Below, piece after piece: positions 1-9,369 of a stretch of DNA of 64,000 nucleotides. Position 1 is the first letter of the stretch; each line of letters opens with the position of its first letter. The DNA comes from Clostridia bacterium. Its GTDB lineage: Bacteria; Bacillota; Clostridia; Christensenellales; CAG-917. The stretch is from positions 2,250 to 66,249 of the forward strand of contig JAFTSA010000007.1 in assembly GCA_017461985.1 (NCBI GenBank). Direction: 5' to 3'. Both the position numbers and the translations under genes were made by a program. The notes under the pieces were generated by a model that ran no database searches, was not told where the DNA came from, and saw nothing but the letters and a program-made list of their open reading frames with translations.

Positions 1-1331
1 TCTTCTTGTGAATAAGGCGGATTAATCAACCCTAAAGATAAGTGTTTGTTTTTTAGGCTGTTATAAATCTCTTGAGAAAAACAGTCACCACAAACAATGT
101 TTGATTTCCCATCTTTACGAATAATCATGTTTGTTATTGCTAGAGTATATAAATCAGTATCAAGTTCTACTCCATATAGTCCATTTTTCTTTATTTCTAA
201 AATTTCTGCACTATTTGCTTCTTTACACATTAACCCCATAGCTGTAACAAGGAATGATGCTGAACCACAGCATATATCTACAACTTTACTTTGTTTATTA
301 ATTTCTCCCAACTTACACATAAAATCTGTTAAATGTTTTGGGGTTAAAACAATACCCAAACCTTTTCCATCAGTAGAACTATATTTAATAAATTCATGAT
401 AGAAAATACTTAAAGCATCTTCAGTATATTCATAATGGTTCATCATTGGTAAAATTCTCATTTCTAGTTGTTCAATAAACCAAGCCAAAGAGCCATTTTC
501 TCCTAAAGGAATGGATTTAATTTTTTCATTACTTTTTATTCTTCTAAAAGAACTTTTTATAGCTTCTATTTTTTCTCTTTTTATATCACTATTATCAAGA
601 GTTTCTTCAATGGAATCAATCATTAATTTTACCAAGCTATTAAAAGAATTTATATTATTCCATGTGTTTCTAAAATCGGAATTTTGTAAAGCAATAAGCA
701 TCCCAGCAATAAAGATTGGCTTATCTTTTTCCGAAATTTTAATTTGTCTTAATTTCTCATGCATTATTTGTGAAAGCTCTCTAATTTCTTGTAACGAGAA
801 TTTTCTTTCTAGTTTTTTGCCTTCTACAAGATTCAAATAGTTTAGGGGCTCCAATATTGTGTCTTTTGCTTTTTTAAGTTCTTGATAGTCCTCAAAACCT
901 TTTTTCCAGTAGAATGTATTAACTTTTACATTTTCTTTTGAGGTACCACTAACAGCAACAGCAACCACATTATAGTCATTTTTTAAATGTTTGGCATAAA
1001 ACAAAGCACCATCAACAGCATATTTTTGTGGCATATTTTTCTCATTACTTTCATGTTCTTTAATAGATTTTTTACATTCTACTAAAATAATTGTATTTTT
1101 ATCTTTATTAAAAGTAACTATATATTCTGGTTTTGCTCTACCAGAACCAACAGTTTCATAATCATCAAGAGAACAAATTGCAGGTTTTCCGCCCATTTCT
1201 TTTAAGCATTTTTCAATTTTATCAAAATTATTAGCTTCACCTTGTGGAAAAACAAAACCAAAATCGTTTTCACCTAAATCTACGCCCATTTCTTTTAATA
1301 CTAAATTTTCTGAATATCTTTCGTTTGCCAT
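1..1331 (-). CDS. Type IIB (BcgI alpha-like) / N6-adenine methyltransferase-endonuclease fusion, 3' end outside window
   Basis: Translated by hand from ATG at 1331 (MANERYSENL...). Contains a PE..ECK nuclease-like motif, GKGLGIVLTP, motif I VVDICCGSASFL and motif IV INPPYSQE. AT-rich. Confidence 0.8.
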   Translation of the reverse strand, partial: MANERYSENLVLKEMGVDLGENDFGFVFPQGEANNFDKIEKCLKEMGGKPAICSLDDYETVGSGRAKPEYIVTFNKDKNTIILVECKKSIKEHESNEKNMPQKYAVDGALFYAKHLKNDYNVVAVAVSGTSKENVKVNTFYWKKGFEDYQELKKAKDTILEPLNYLNLVEGKKLERKFSLQEIRELSQIMHEKLRQIKISEKDKPIFIAGMLIALQNSDFRNTWNNINSFNSLVKLMIDSIEETLDNSDIKREKIEAIKSSFRRIKSNEKIKSIPLGENGSLAWFIEQLEMRILPMMNHYEYTEDALSIFYHEFIKYSSTDGKGLGIVLTPKHLTDFMCKLGEINKQSKVVDICCGSASFLVTAMGLMCKEANSAEILEIKKNGLYGVELDTDLYTLAITNMIIRKDGKSNIVCGDCFSQEIYNSLKNKHLSLGLINPPYSQE

Positions 1332-1332
1332 T

Positions 1333-1548
1333 TTATTTCTCCTTTCTTACAAATGCTTTTCTTTTTTCATTTTTTAATTTTATATCTAAGTTGTTCGTGC
1401 TTGTAATTTTAACTTCATCATCTTCAATATAAAATACTAAACTATCGCCATTTTCAACATGCAGTATTTCTCTTATTGCTTTTGGCACAGTTATTTGCCC
1501 TTTGGAAGAAAGAACAGCTTCTTTTATTTTTTGCATTTTAAACTCCAT
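1333..1548 (-). CDS. AbrB/MazE/SpoVT family DNA-binding protein
   Basis: LSSKGQITVPKAIREILHVENGDSLVF signature; stop codon abuts the RM gene start. Confidence 0.85.
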   Translation of the reverse strand: MEFKMQKIKEAVLSSKGQITVPKAIREILHVENGDSLVFYIEDDEVKITSTNNLDIKLKNEKRKAFVRKEK

Positions 1549-1697
1549 TTTCTTTACTTTCTTTACTTTTTTATTGTAACAACAATAAACATTAAATGCA
1601 ATTGTTTTCAGAAAAAAACAAGAAGTGCCTTTGAAATAAGCACTTCAAAAATTTTAATAATTTGACATTTCAAAACAATTCGATTTACTCTACAAAT

Positions 1698-1863
1698 CGG
1701 AACTGCGTTCGCACATAAATTTAAGCCTTATATTTGCTTAATTTGGCGAGGGTGCAAATCCCTGAAGGCAAACAACAGATAAATACGATTTGAACGAAAG
1801 CGGGCAAAATCCCTGCTTCTCTCTTGTATTTATATAAAAAGACATCAAATGATGTCTTTTTTT
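1698..1863 (+). ncRNA. Candidate structured RNA of unknown family
   Basis: TTGACA (1662) and TACTCT (1686) promoter-like boxes, several hairpins including AGGG-TGCAAAT-CCCT, terminator at 1836-1863. Confidence 0.3.
1836..1863. terminator. Bidirectional intrinsic terminator
   Basis: AAAAAGACATC-AAAT-GATGTCTTTTT. Confidence 0.65.
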
Positions 1864-1932
1864 GGTTTGGGTATTGAAATTGGAAAAGTAAAATGGTAAA
1901 CTATTTATACTAGAAATTAAAGGAGATTTGCT

Positions 1933-3453
1933 ATGGACAAACATTATGACGTTGTCGTGGTCGGCGCTGGCAATGGCGGACTGGCGGCAGCGGCTGTCAC
2001 TTCTCAGGCAGGATTCAAAGTTCTGCTTCTTGAAAAGCACAATATTCCCGGCGGAAGCGCGTCGTCATTTAAGCGCGGTCGCTTCGAATTTGAGCCTTCT
2101 CTTCACGAACTTTGCGCAGTTGGAAAGCCCGATCAACTTTTTGACACGGGCAAACTTTTCAAAAGATTTGGCGCAGAGGTGGATTTCCGCTACGAGGACA
2201 ACACTTTCCGTGCAATTTGCACCGCAGAAGACGGATATGACGTGCGTATGCGCGCCGGCGAAGACAACTTCTGTGACGACCTTGAAGCAATAGTCCCCGG
2301 TTGCAGAGAGTCTCTCAAGGCTTGGTTTGAACTTGAAAGAGGTGACCAACGCACCCTTGACTATATCGACAGCAAAAATGGCAAGCCCAACCCTCTTATG
2401 ATGATTTTGAAGCACGGCAACTTCATGCGCGACACTTCATACACCGTTGAAGAGGTGCAAAAGGCCCTCGGTATGCCCGAAAAGGCACGCAACATCCTCA
2501 ACACCTATTGGGGATATCTGGGTGTGCCCACTGACGAACTCAACTCCTTCCACTATATGACGATGGTGGCATCCTACGTCCGTGACGGCGCGGTTATGCC
2601 CTACAAGCGCTCCCACGAAATGAGCCTTGCCCTTGAAAAGGCAATCACCGACAACGGCGGTGACGTGTGGTACAACAGCGAAGTGGTCAAATTCCTCTAC
2701 AACGAGGACGGCTCTTGCGCAGGTGTTCAACTGAAATCCGGCGAGAAGATTTACGCAAAGGAAATCATCTCCAACGTCATCCCCAACAACGTGTACGCTA
2801 TGTCCGACATCAAGTACGTGCCTGAAAAGGAACTGCGCCTTGCAAATTCAAGAACTCTTGGCCTGTCCTTTGTGACGGTGTATCTTGGCATGGACTGCTC
2901 AAAGGAAGAGTTGGGTGTTGAGGACTACACCACCTTCATTTCAAAATATGCAAACCCCAGAGAGTGCTACAATCATCGCAACGAGGGCGCGTATTACGTG
3001 GTCAACTGCCACAACGTGGCAATCCCCGATGCATCTCCCGAAGGCACTTGTATGCTCTTCTACACAATTCCTATGATGGAAGAGGACTTCCCCAAGGATT
3101 TGAAGCCCGAAGAATACAAGAAGTGGAAAAACTCAGTGGCAAAACGCTTCATAGAGGACTCTGAAAAGGTTTTGGGCATTGACATCACTTCACACATTGA
3201 AGAAATCGAAGTGGCAACACCCGTCACCTTTGCTAGATACTTGGGCACTCCCGCCGGCGAAATCTACGGATATCAAATGGCTGGTTGGGACAGCATTTTG
3301 CCTCGTATTATGGCAGCACCCACCGACTTCACAGTGAAAAACCTCTCCTACTGCGGTGGACACGCAGAACGTGGCGACGGATACAGTTGCGCATATATGA
3401 CAGGTATGCTCACAGGCGACGCCGTGGTAAGAAGACTCAAAGGAGGAAAGTAA
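1933..3453 (+). CDS. Phytoene dehydrogenase-like NAD(P)/FAD-dependent oxidoreductase
   Basis: GAGNGG dinucleotide-binding fold, LLEKHNIPGG, C-terminal ATPVTFARY..GEIYG; AGGAG RBS. Confidence 0.85.
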   Translation: MDKHYDVVVVGAGNGGLAAAAVTSQAGFKVLLLEKHNIPGGSASSFKRGRFEFEPSLHELCAVGKPDQLFDTGKLFKRFGAEVDFRYEDNTFRAICTAEDGYDVRMRAGEDNFCDDLEAIVPGCRESLKAWFELERGDQRTLDYIDSKNGKPNPLMMILKHGNFMRDTSYTVEEVQKALGMPEKARNILNTYWGYLGVPTDELNSFHYMTMVASYVRDGAVMPYKRSHEMSLALEKAITDNGGDVWYNSEVVKFLYNEDGSCAGVQLKSGEKIYAKEIISNVIPNNVYAMSDIKYVPEKELRLANSRTLGLSFVTVYLGMDCSKEELGVEDYTTFISKYANPRECYNHRNEGAYYVVNCHNVAIPDASPEGTCMLFYTIPMMEEDFPKDLKPEEYKKWKNSVAKRFIEDSEKVLGIDITSHIEEIEVATPVTFARYLGTPAGEIYGYQMAGWDSILPRIMAAPTDFTVKNLSYCGGHAERGDGYSCAYMTGMLTGDAVVRRLKGGK

Positions 3454-3454
3454 A

Positions 3455-4657
3455 ATGAAAAAGGTTGACATTTCATCATTGAATCCTGCAAAGTTCATAA
3501 AACTTGTGCCTTCAAGAGATCAAATCATTGCATCAAATCCTGCAAATCCTATACCTCATCAAGACACCTACGCAGCCAACAAAATTGCAAAGGCATTGCA
3601 CCCCGACAAACAATTTGTCAAGATTGCAAAAGTGGAGGCATTTTCACCTGACGTGAAGAGATACACCTTTGTGCCCGACACCGACAAAGGCACAACCGCC
3701 CTTGCATATTTCAGTGCAGGACAATATCTCAGTGTGTCCCTCACCGTTGGCAAAGCAGTGCTCACAAGACCTTACTCAATCAGCAGTGGTCCCGCTGACG
3801 CCCTTGACGGATTCTATCAACTGACCATCAAACGTGTCAACGGCGGACTTGCCACCAACTATATCCTTGACAACTGGAAAGAGGGTGACTCCGTTGAAGT
3901 GTCCGCACCCCTTGGCACCTTCAAATACGAGCCCCTTCGTGACGCCAAAACAGTGGTTGGTCTTGCAGGCGGAAGTGGCATAACACCCTTCCTGTCCTTC
4001 GCCCGTGCAATTGCAAAAGGTGAAGAAGATATGCACCTCACTCTTCTCTACGGCTCACGTACAAGAGATGATATTCTCTTCAAAGATGAATTTGATCAAA
4101 TCGCACAATCCTGCGATAAAATCAAGGTTGTGTATGTGTTAAGTGCCGATTCTGCTGAAAACTGCGAATCTGGCTTCCTCACCGCAGACCTCATCAAAAA
4201 GTATGCACCGGAGGGCGAACCCTACTCAGTGTTTATGTGCGGACCTCAAGCAATGTACGACTTTGCCGATGGCGAAATTGCAAAACTTGGACTGAGAAGC
4301 AAGTTTGTCCGTCACGAATTGTTTGGTGAATATCACAACCCTGAAAGAAACGCAGACTACACCGCACCCGCCAGTGAAACCTGCACCATCACCGTGAGAG
4401 TCCGCGATGAAAAGACCTCGGTGACCGCCTCTGTCAACGACACTATTTTGGTGTCTCTTGAAAAGAACGGCATCGCAGTGCCTGCCCATTGCAGATCTGG
4501 TGAATGTGGTTGGTGCCACTCAAAACTCGTCAGTGGTGACGTGTACGTGCCTGCATCAGTGGACGGCAGACGCCTTGCAGACTTTGACTATGGCTATATC
4601 CACCCCTGCTGCACCTTCCCTCTCGGCGACGTGGAAATCGTTGTCCCCGCAAAGTAA
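3455..4657 (+). CDS. FNR-type FAD/NAD-binding reductase with C-terminal 2Fe-2S ferredoxin
   Basis: RPYSISS, AGGSGITPF, MCGP, CRSGECGWC...CC. Confidence 0.9.
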   Translation: MKKVDISSLNPAKFIKLVPSRDQIIASNPANPIPHQDTYAANKIAKALHPDKQFVKIAKVEAFSPDVKRYTFVPDTDKGTTALAYFSAGQYLSVSLTVGKAVLTRPYSISSGPADALDGFYQLTIKRVNGGLATNYILDNWKEGDSVEVSAPLGTFKYEPLRDAKTVVGLAGGSGITPFLSFARAIAKGEEDMHLTLLYGSRTRDDILFKDEFDQIAQSCDKIKVVYVLSADSAENCESGFLTADLIKKYAPEGEPYSVFMCGPQAMYDFADGEIAKLGLRSKFVRHELFGEYHNPERNADYTAPASETCTITVRVRDEKTSVTASVNDTILVSLEKNGIAVPAHCRSGECGWCHSKLVSGDVYVPASVDGRRLADFDYGYIHPCCTFPLGDVEIVVPAK

Positions 4658-4710
4658 ACCTTGCACGAGCATTTAGCCGAGACAAGCGTTGAACTAAAAC
4701 AATAATGAAG

Positions 4711-4742
4711 AAAAAGACCGACAATCAAGTCGGTCTTTTTTT
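4711..4742. terminator. Intrinsic terminator between convergent genes
   Basis: AAAAAGACCGAC-loop-GTCGGTCTTTTT. Confidence 0.75.
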
Positions 4743-4827
4743 GATTCCCCCTAGGAATCCAAGGATAATATTTTTCTATTTCGTTGGTTTTGAGTTGTTT
4801 TGCCCTTTTGAGGGCTTGTGAGGGCTT

Positions 4828-6717
4828 TTAAGCAATGATGATGTCGATGGACTTGTCTTTTATCACGATGCTTTCTGCGGGCACGTGGAGGTCAACCTGG
4901 TCGCCCACTGCTCCATCGTATGCTGCCACAACCTTTTGACCTTCGGTGTCAATGGTTGCATAGCGGACAAAACCATAGTCGCGGATTTCGCTGACTGTGC
5001 CTGTGAGGACATCAGTTGCGCCTTCTTCGTGAGGTGTGACTGTGACAACGCTGGCGTCAAAGATGTATTCAAGAGGTGTGCGGAAGATTTTGCTGCCCTT
5101 GCAAGCAAATATCTTTTCGCATGCAGGCACTGTGGGGATAAGTTTTGCTGTGCCAACGTTCATATAGAAGTTGTAGAATTTGCGTGACTTATCCTTTTCC
5201 TTTGTAAAGGTGCCGTCCAGGGTGTTGGTGAGATTGATGGGTGCAACACCCAGCGCTTCGATACCCACCTTTGTGAAGTCGATGTCAAAGTCAACGATGT
5301 CTCCTGCTTTGAATCTTGCCTCGCCTTCTTCAAGTGAGAACATTGTAAGGTCGCCAACCTTCAAGAAATAGAGGTTTTTGCCTTCAACGTTTTCAACCCA
5401 TTGGACGTTTGCCTTGCCTGCGCCTGCACCGAGGGTGAGTGCACTGATGGGAATGACTGTTTCAACGTCTGTTGCATTGTCGCACTTGACAGCAGAAGGC
5501 ATTTCAAATGCTTGACCTTCAAATGTCAACTTGCCGTCTTCCACGTTTGCACGAATGTATGATGCTTCGGGGATACGCTTTCTAATGCTCATCTCAGTTT
5601 CCTTGTCAAAGACATGGAACTTGCGTCTTGAGATTTCGATGTCAAGGACATCTCCACGGCGTACGATTGTGTCGGGGCTTGCCTTGATGATGATTGCGCC
5701 TTCTTCTGCATCGGGAGTGTTGAGGTTGAGGTTTGCGTAAATGAGTGTTTCACCACCGAGCACTTCAACAACGCTGACAACTGCCTTTGCAGGTGCCCAT
5801 GAGCCGTCGTCGTAGTTGGTGTCGTTCTTTACGCGGACATCATCGGGACGAATGCCAAAGACCACTTTGTGGTTGCCATCCATATATTTGACGGGCACTT
5901 TGTCTGCTTGGACGTATTTCATGCCCACTGATGCACCACAATCAAGGTTGAAAGTGACGTCGTCGCCTTCCTTGATGACTGTGCCGTCAAAGAAGTTCAT
6001 TTGAGGTGTGCCGATGAAACCTGCAACAAAAACGTTGTCAGGGTATTTATAAAGGTTGACAGGGGTGTCAATTTGTTGGACAAAGCCGTCTTTCATAACA
6101 ACGATGCGAGTGCCCATTGTCATTGCTTCAACTTGGTCGTGGGTGACGTAGATAAATGTTGTGCCAAGACGTTCATGAAGTCTTGAAATCTCAGATCTCA
6201 TTGCTGCACGGAGTTTTGCGTCAAGGTTTGAAAGAGGTTCGTCAAGAAGGAATACCTTGGGGTTTCTCACGATTGCTCTGCCCAATGCCACTCTTTGTCT
6301 TTGACCACCGGAGAGTGCCTTAGGTTTGCGTTCAAGATACTCGGTGATGCCCAAGATTGCGGCTGCTTCCATAACCTTTTCGTGTATGACTTCTTTCTTT
6401 TCGTGGGCGGTGCGGAGAGCAAATGCCATATTTTCGTAAACGCTCATATGGGGATAGAGTGCATAGTTTTGGAAAACCATTGCGATGTTTCTATCCTTAG
6501 GCTCAAAATCGTTCACGATTTCGTCGTCGATACGGAGTTCGCCTGCAGTGATTTCTTCAAGGCCTGCGATCATACGGAGTGTGGTTGACTTTCCGCAACC
6601 AGAGGGTCCGACGAACACGATAAATTCCTTATCTTCTATGTCCATGCAGAAGTCGTTGACTGCTTTGACTTTGCCATCATAGACTTTGAAAATGTGTTTC
6701 AATGATAAACTTGCCAT
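4828..6717 (-). CDS. msmX: Sugar ABC transporter ATPase (MsmX/MalK family) with long C-terminal extension
   Basis: GPSGCGKST, LSGGQRQRVALGR, LLDEPLSNLD; 629 aa. Confidence 0.85.
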   Translation of the reverse strand: MASLSLKHIFKVYDGKVKAVNDFCMDIEDKEFIVFVGPSGCGKSTTLRMIAGLEEITAGELRIDDEIVNDFEPKDRNIAMVFQNYALYPHMSVYENMAFALRTAHEKKEVIHEKVMEAAAILGITEYLERKPKALSGGQRQRVALGRAIVRNPKVFLLDEPLSNLDAKLRAAMRSEISRLHERLGTTFIYVTHDQVEAMTMGTRIVVMKDGFVQQIDTPVNLYKYPDNVFVAGFIGTPQMNFFDGTVIKEGDDVTFNLDCGASVGMKYVQADKVPVKYMDGNHKVVFGIRPDDVRVKNDTNYDDGSWAPAKAVVSVVEVLGGETLIYANLNLNTPDAEEGAIIIKASPDTIVRRGDVLDIEISRRKFHVFDKETEMSIRKRIPEASYIRANVEDGKLTFEGQAFEMPSAVKCDNATDVETVIPISALTLGAGAGKANVQWVENVEGKNLYFLKVGDLTMFSLEEGEARFKAGDIVDFDIDFTKVGIEALGVAPINLTNTLDGTFTKEKDKSRKFYNFYMNVGTAKLIPTVPACEKIFACKGSKIFRTPLEYIFDASVVTVTPHEEGATDVLTGTVSEIRDYGFVRYATIDTEGQKVVAAYDGAVGDQVDLHVPAESIVIKDKSIDIIIA

Positions 6718-6727
6718 ACTTTTCTCC

Positions 6728-8314
6728 TTATATAAAGATTGCTATGGATTGGCCGGGCATTGCGAGAACGCCGCCCGCATCATATGAACATTGACCGCCC
6801 ATTGCGTAGAGTGTGCCAACCATTTGACTGCAACCAAGGTTGAAGTCTCCAAGATTGACTGTTTGGTCAAAGGTGTCCATATTGAAAACAATCGTTATCT
6901 TTTCATTTTGATATTCTTTTGTGATGATACAAATGTAATTGTTGTTGGGTGTGGGGTGATATTCCACCTTGCCTCTTGCAATTGAGGGGAAACGGTTTCT
7001 CAACTCCATTGCTTCTTTATAGTAATTGAGAATGCTGTTGGGGTCTGCTTGTTGCTCTTCAACAGAGGGATAATAATAAGACGTTTCATCCCAAGGTGTG
7101 CCTTCAGGGGGCAGATAGCAACATCCCTCATAGATGTTTTTGGCTTGCCACTTCATTGCAATACGTTTTGCGGGGTCGCTGTTTTGTCCACCCTTGGAAA
7201 TCATGCCGATTTCTTCGCCGTAATAGACAAAAGTTCCGCCGCTCATCATTGACATGACACCTGCTGCCATTTTAAGGTTTTCAACACCGGGCATAAAACT
7301 GCCGGGGCGCATTGTGTCGTGATTGCCAAGGAAAGGTGCAAGGATTGCGTTTTCACCATAGGTGTTTTGCAGTTTTTCAAACCAGTTGCCAAGGCCATTT
7401 CCACTGCCTTGCTTGACAAGTGATGCAATTTGACCACCTGCTTGTGCTCCTGTGAACAAGAAGAAACTGTCCACACCGCTTTCATAATATCTGTCGATTG
7501 TGTAGTCATCGCCAACCCATGCTTCGCCAACAATGTAAGCATTGGGCTTGATTTTCTTTGCTTCGGTGTTGAGCCAACCAAGGAAATCAATGTTCTTTTG
7601 GAGATAACCTGTGTAATAACTTGTGACTGCGTCAAGACGGAAGCCGTCCACGTCGTAGTCTTCAAGCCAATATTGCATTATGTTGATGATTTCAGCGCGC
7701 ATTGCGGGGCTGTCAAGATTAAGGTCGGGCATGCCACTCCAAAATTGGCTTTCGTAGGAATATTGTGTGCCACTGACACTTGAATACTTGTTGTTGTCTG
7801 TAATGCGGAAGTTGTAGTAGTCACCATATTGTCCGCCGGGCTGACCATTTTGACGGATATAGTTGCAGGCTTCCTTAAACCAAGGGTGTTGGTCACTTGA
7901 GTGGTTGACCACAAGGTCAATGATGACTCTTATGCCACGATTGTGGGCTTCGGTGATGAGAGTTTTGAAGTCATCAAGGGTGCCGTAATCGGGGTCTATT
8001 GCGTAATAGTCCTTGACATCATACTTGTGATAGGTGGGTGACGGGTGAATGGGCATAAGCCAAATTCCGTTGAAACCCATTTCCTTGATGTAGTCAAGTT
8101 TTGCTGTCACGCCGTTGAGGTCGCCTATGCCGTCATTGTCTGTGTCGTAAAAACTGTGGACAAAGATTTCATACCAGTTGCGATAACTGTCATCAATGAT
8201 GTTCAGTTCAACGCTGTCGCTGGGCTCATCTTCTGTGGGGTTGCAAGCAACCAAACCCACCAAGGACACTAAAAGCAAGGACAGGACAAGAATTGTTGCA
8301 AAAAACTTTTTCAT
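6728..8314 (-). CDS. GH13 alpha-amylase, lipoprotein
   Basis: Lipobox LVAC; DGIGDLNG, DLVVNH, GFRLDAV, GEAW, NHD. Confidence 0.88.
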   Translation of the reverse strand: MKKFFATILVLSLLLVSLVGLVACNPTEDEPSDSVELNIIDDSYRNWYEIFVHSFYDTDNDGIGDLNGVTAKLDYIKEMGFNGIWLMPIHPSPTYHKYDVKDYYAIDPDYGTLDDFKTLITEAHNRGIRVIIDLVVNHSSDQHPWFKEACNYIRQNGQPGGQYGDYYNFRITDNNKYSSVSGTQYSYESQFWSGMPDLNLDSPAMRAEIINIMQYWLEDYDVDGFRLDAVTSYYTGYLQKNIDFLGWLNTEAKKIKPNAYIVGEAWVGDDYTIDRYYESGVDSFFLFTGAQAGGQIASLVKQGSGNGLGNWFEKLQNTYGENAILAPFLGNHDTMRPGSFMPGVENLKMAAGVMSMMSGGTFVYYGEEIGMISKGGQNSDPAKRIAMKWQAKNIYEGCCYLPPEGTPWDETSYYYPSVEEQQADPNSILNYYKEAMELRNRFPSIARGKVEYHPTPNNNYICIITKEYQNEKITIVFNMDTFDQTVNLGDFNLGCSQMVGTLYAMGGQCSYDAGGVLAMPGQSIAIFI

Positions 8315-8322
8315 CTTGCCTC

Positions 8323-9369
8323 CTATCCCTTGACTGCTCCGCCTGTGACGCCTTGCACATAGTATTTTTGCAAGAACATAAACAGGATTGTGATGGGTGT
8401 TGCAACAATAACCGCCGCCGCACAGAAGGTTGTGAAGTATTGTTGAATCATTTCTCTTTCAAGCCACTTGTACATACCCAATGACACGGTGTACATGCCA
8501 ATGTCGGGCACACCTGCCATGATGTATGACACAAAGATGTAGTCGCACCAAGGTGCTACGAAGGAAATGAGGATTGTGTAGATGATGATGGACTTGCTGA
8601 GAGGCAAAATCACCTTGAAGAAGGTCCTAAATCTTGATGCGCCGTCAATTCGGGCTGCTTCGTCAAGAGATTTGGGCACTGTGTCAAAGAATCCTTTTGC
8701 CACGTAATAACTCATTGCCGCGCCTGCTGAATAGACAATAATCAAACTGAGGTGTGATTGATAGTTGTCAGGGAGCAAGATTTTCAGCAAGAAGTACACT
8801 GCTGTCATACTCATAAATCCGGGGAACATGCCAAGGATGAGCATAACGTTCATGATGGGCTTTCTTGCCTTGAACTTGACACGGCTGAATGCGTATGCCA
8901 CTGCAAGCACAAAAAGTGTGGTGATAAGACAACTGCACACTGCGATGAGCAAGGTGTTGCCATACCATCTAGGGAATTCTGTTTCAGTGAAAAGACGCTT
9001 GTAGTTGTCAAGGGTCCATTCTTGAGGGAAGAAAGTGGGTGACCATGCGCCCGGCTCCTTTCTAAATGATTGGACAATGAGGTAGAACAAAGGAACAACC
9101 CACAAAATTGACAATACTGTCAAGATGACTTGACCGACTGTGTTGCCAAATATGCGTCTAAATCTCATGCCAATACGGCTCTTTTTGCGGATGGTGACCT
9201 TTGAAAGTTCAAGTTGACGCTCCATTTCGTCAATCTTTGACCAATCGGTGAGAGGCTCAACCACCTTTTCTTCTTGGACGGGCTCAGTGATTTCTTCAAC
9301 CACTTCTTCTGCTGTTGATTCAACGGGAGTTTCAAGTTCCGTTTGCATAATGATATCCTTTTCGCTCAT
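8323..9369 (-). CDS. Maltodextrin ABC permease (MalG/MalD type)
   Basis: EAARIDGA loop, transmembrane segments, C-terminal GVTGGAVKG. Confidence 0.88.
   Translation of the reverse strand: MSEKDIIMQTELETPVESTAEEVVEEITEPVQEEKVVEPLTDWSKIDEMERQLELSKVTIRKKSRIGMRFRRIFGNTVGQVILTVLSILWVVPLFYLIVQSFRKEPGAWSPTFFPQEWTLDNYKRLFTETEFPRWYGNTLLIAVCSCLITTLFVLAVAYAFSRVKFKARKPIMNVMLILGMFPGFMSMTAVYFLLKILLPDNYQSHLSLIIVYSAGAAMSYYVAKGFFDTVPKSLDEAARIDGASRFRTFFKVILPLSKSIIIYTILISFVAPWCDYIFVSYIMAGVPDIGMYTVSLGMYKWLEREMIQQYFTTFCAAAVIVATPITILFMFLQKYYVQGVTGGAVKG

Noticed and set aside
97-840. Plus-strand ORFs at 97 and 511, and similar antisense ORFs throughout the window
   Set aside because: They are shadows of long, motif-bearing genes on the opposite strand.
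1745-1770. Cobalamin riboswitch or tRNA suggested by GGTGCAAATCC
   Set aside because: No B12 box or cloverleaf is present around the hairpin.
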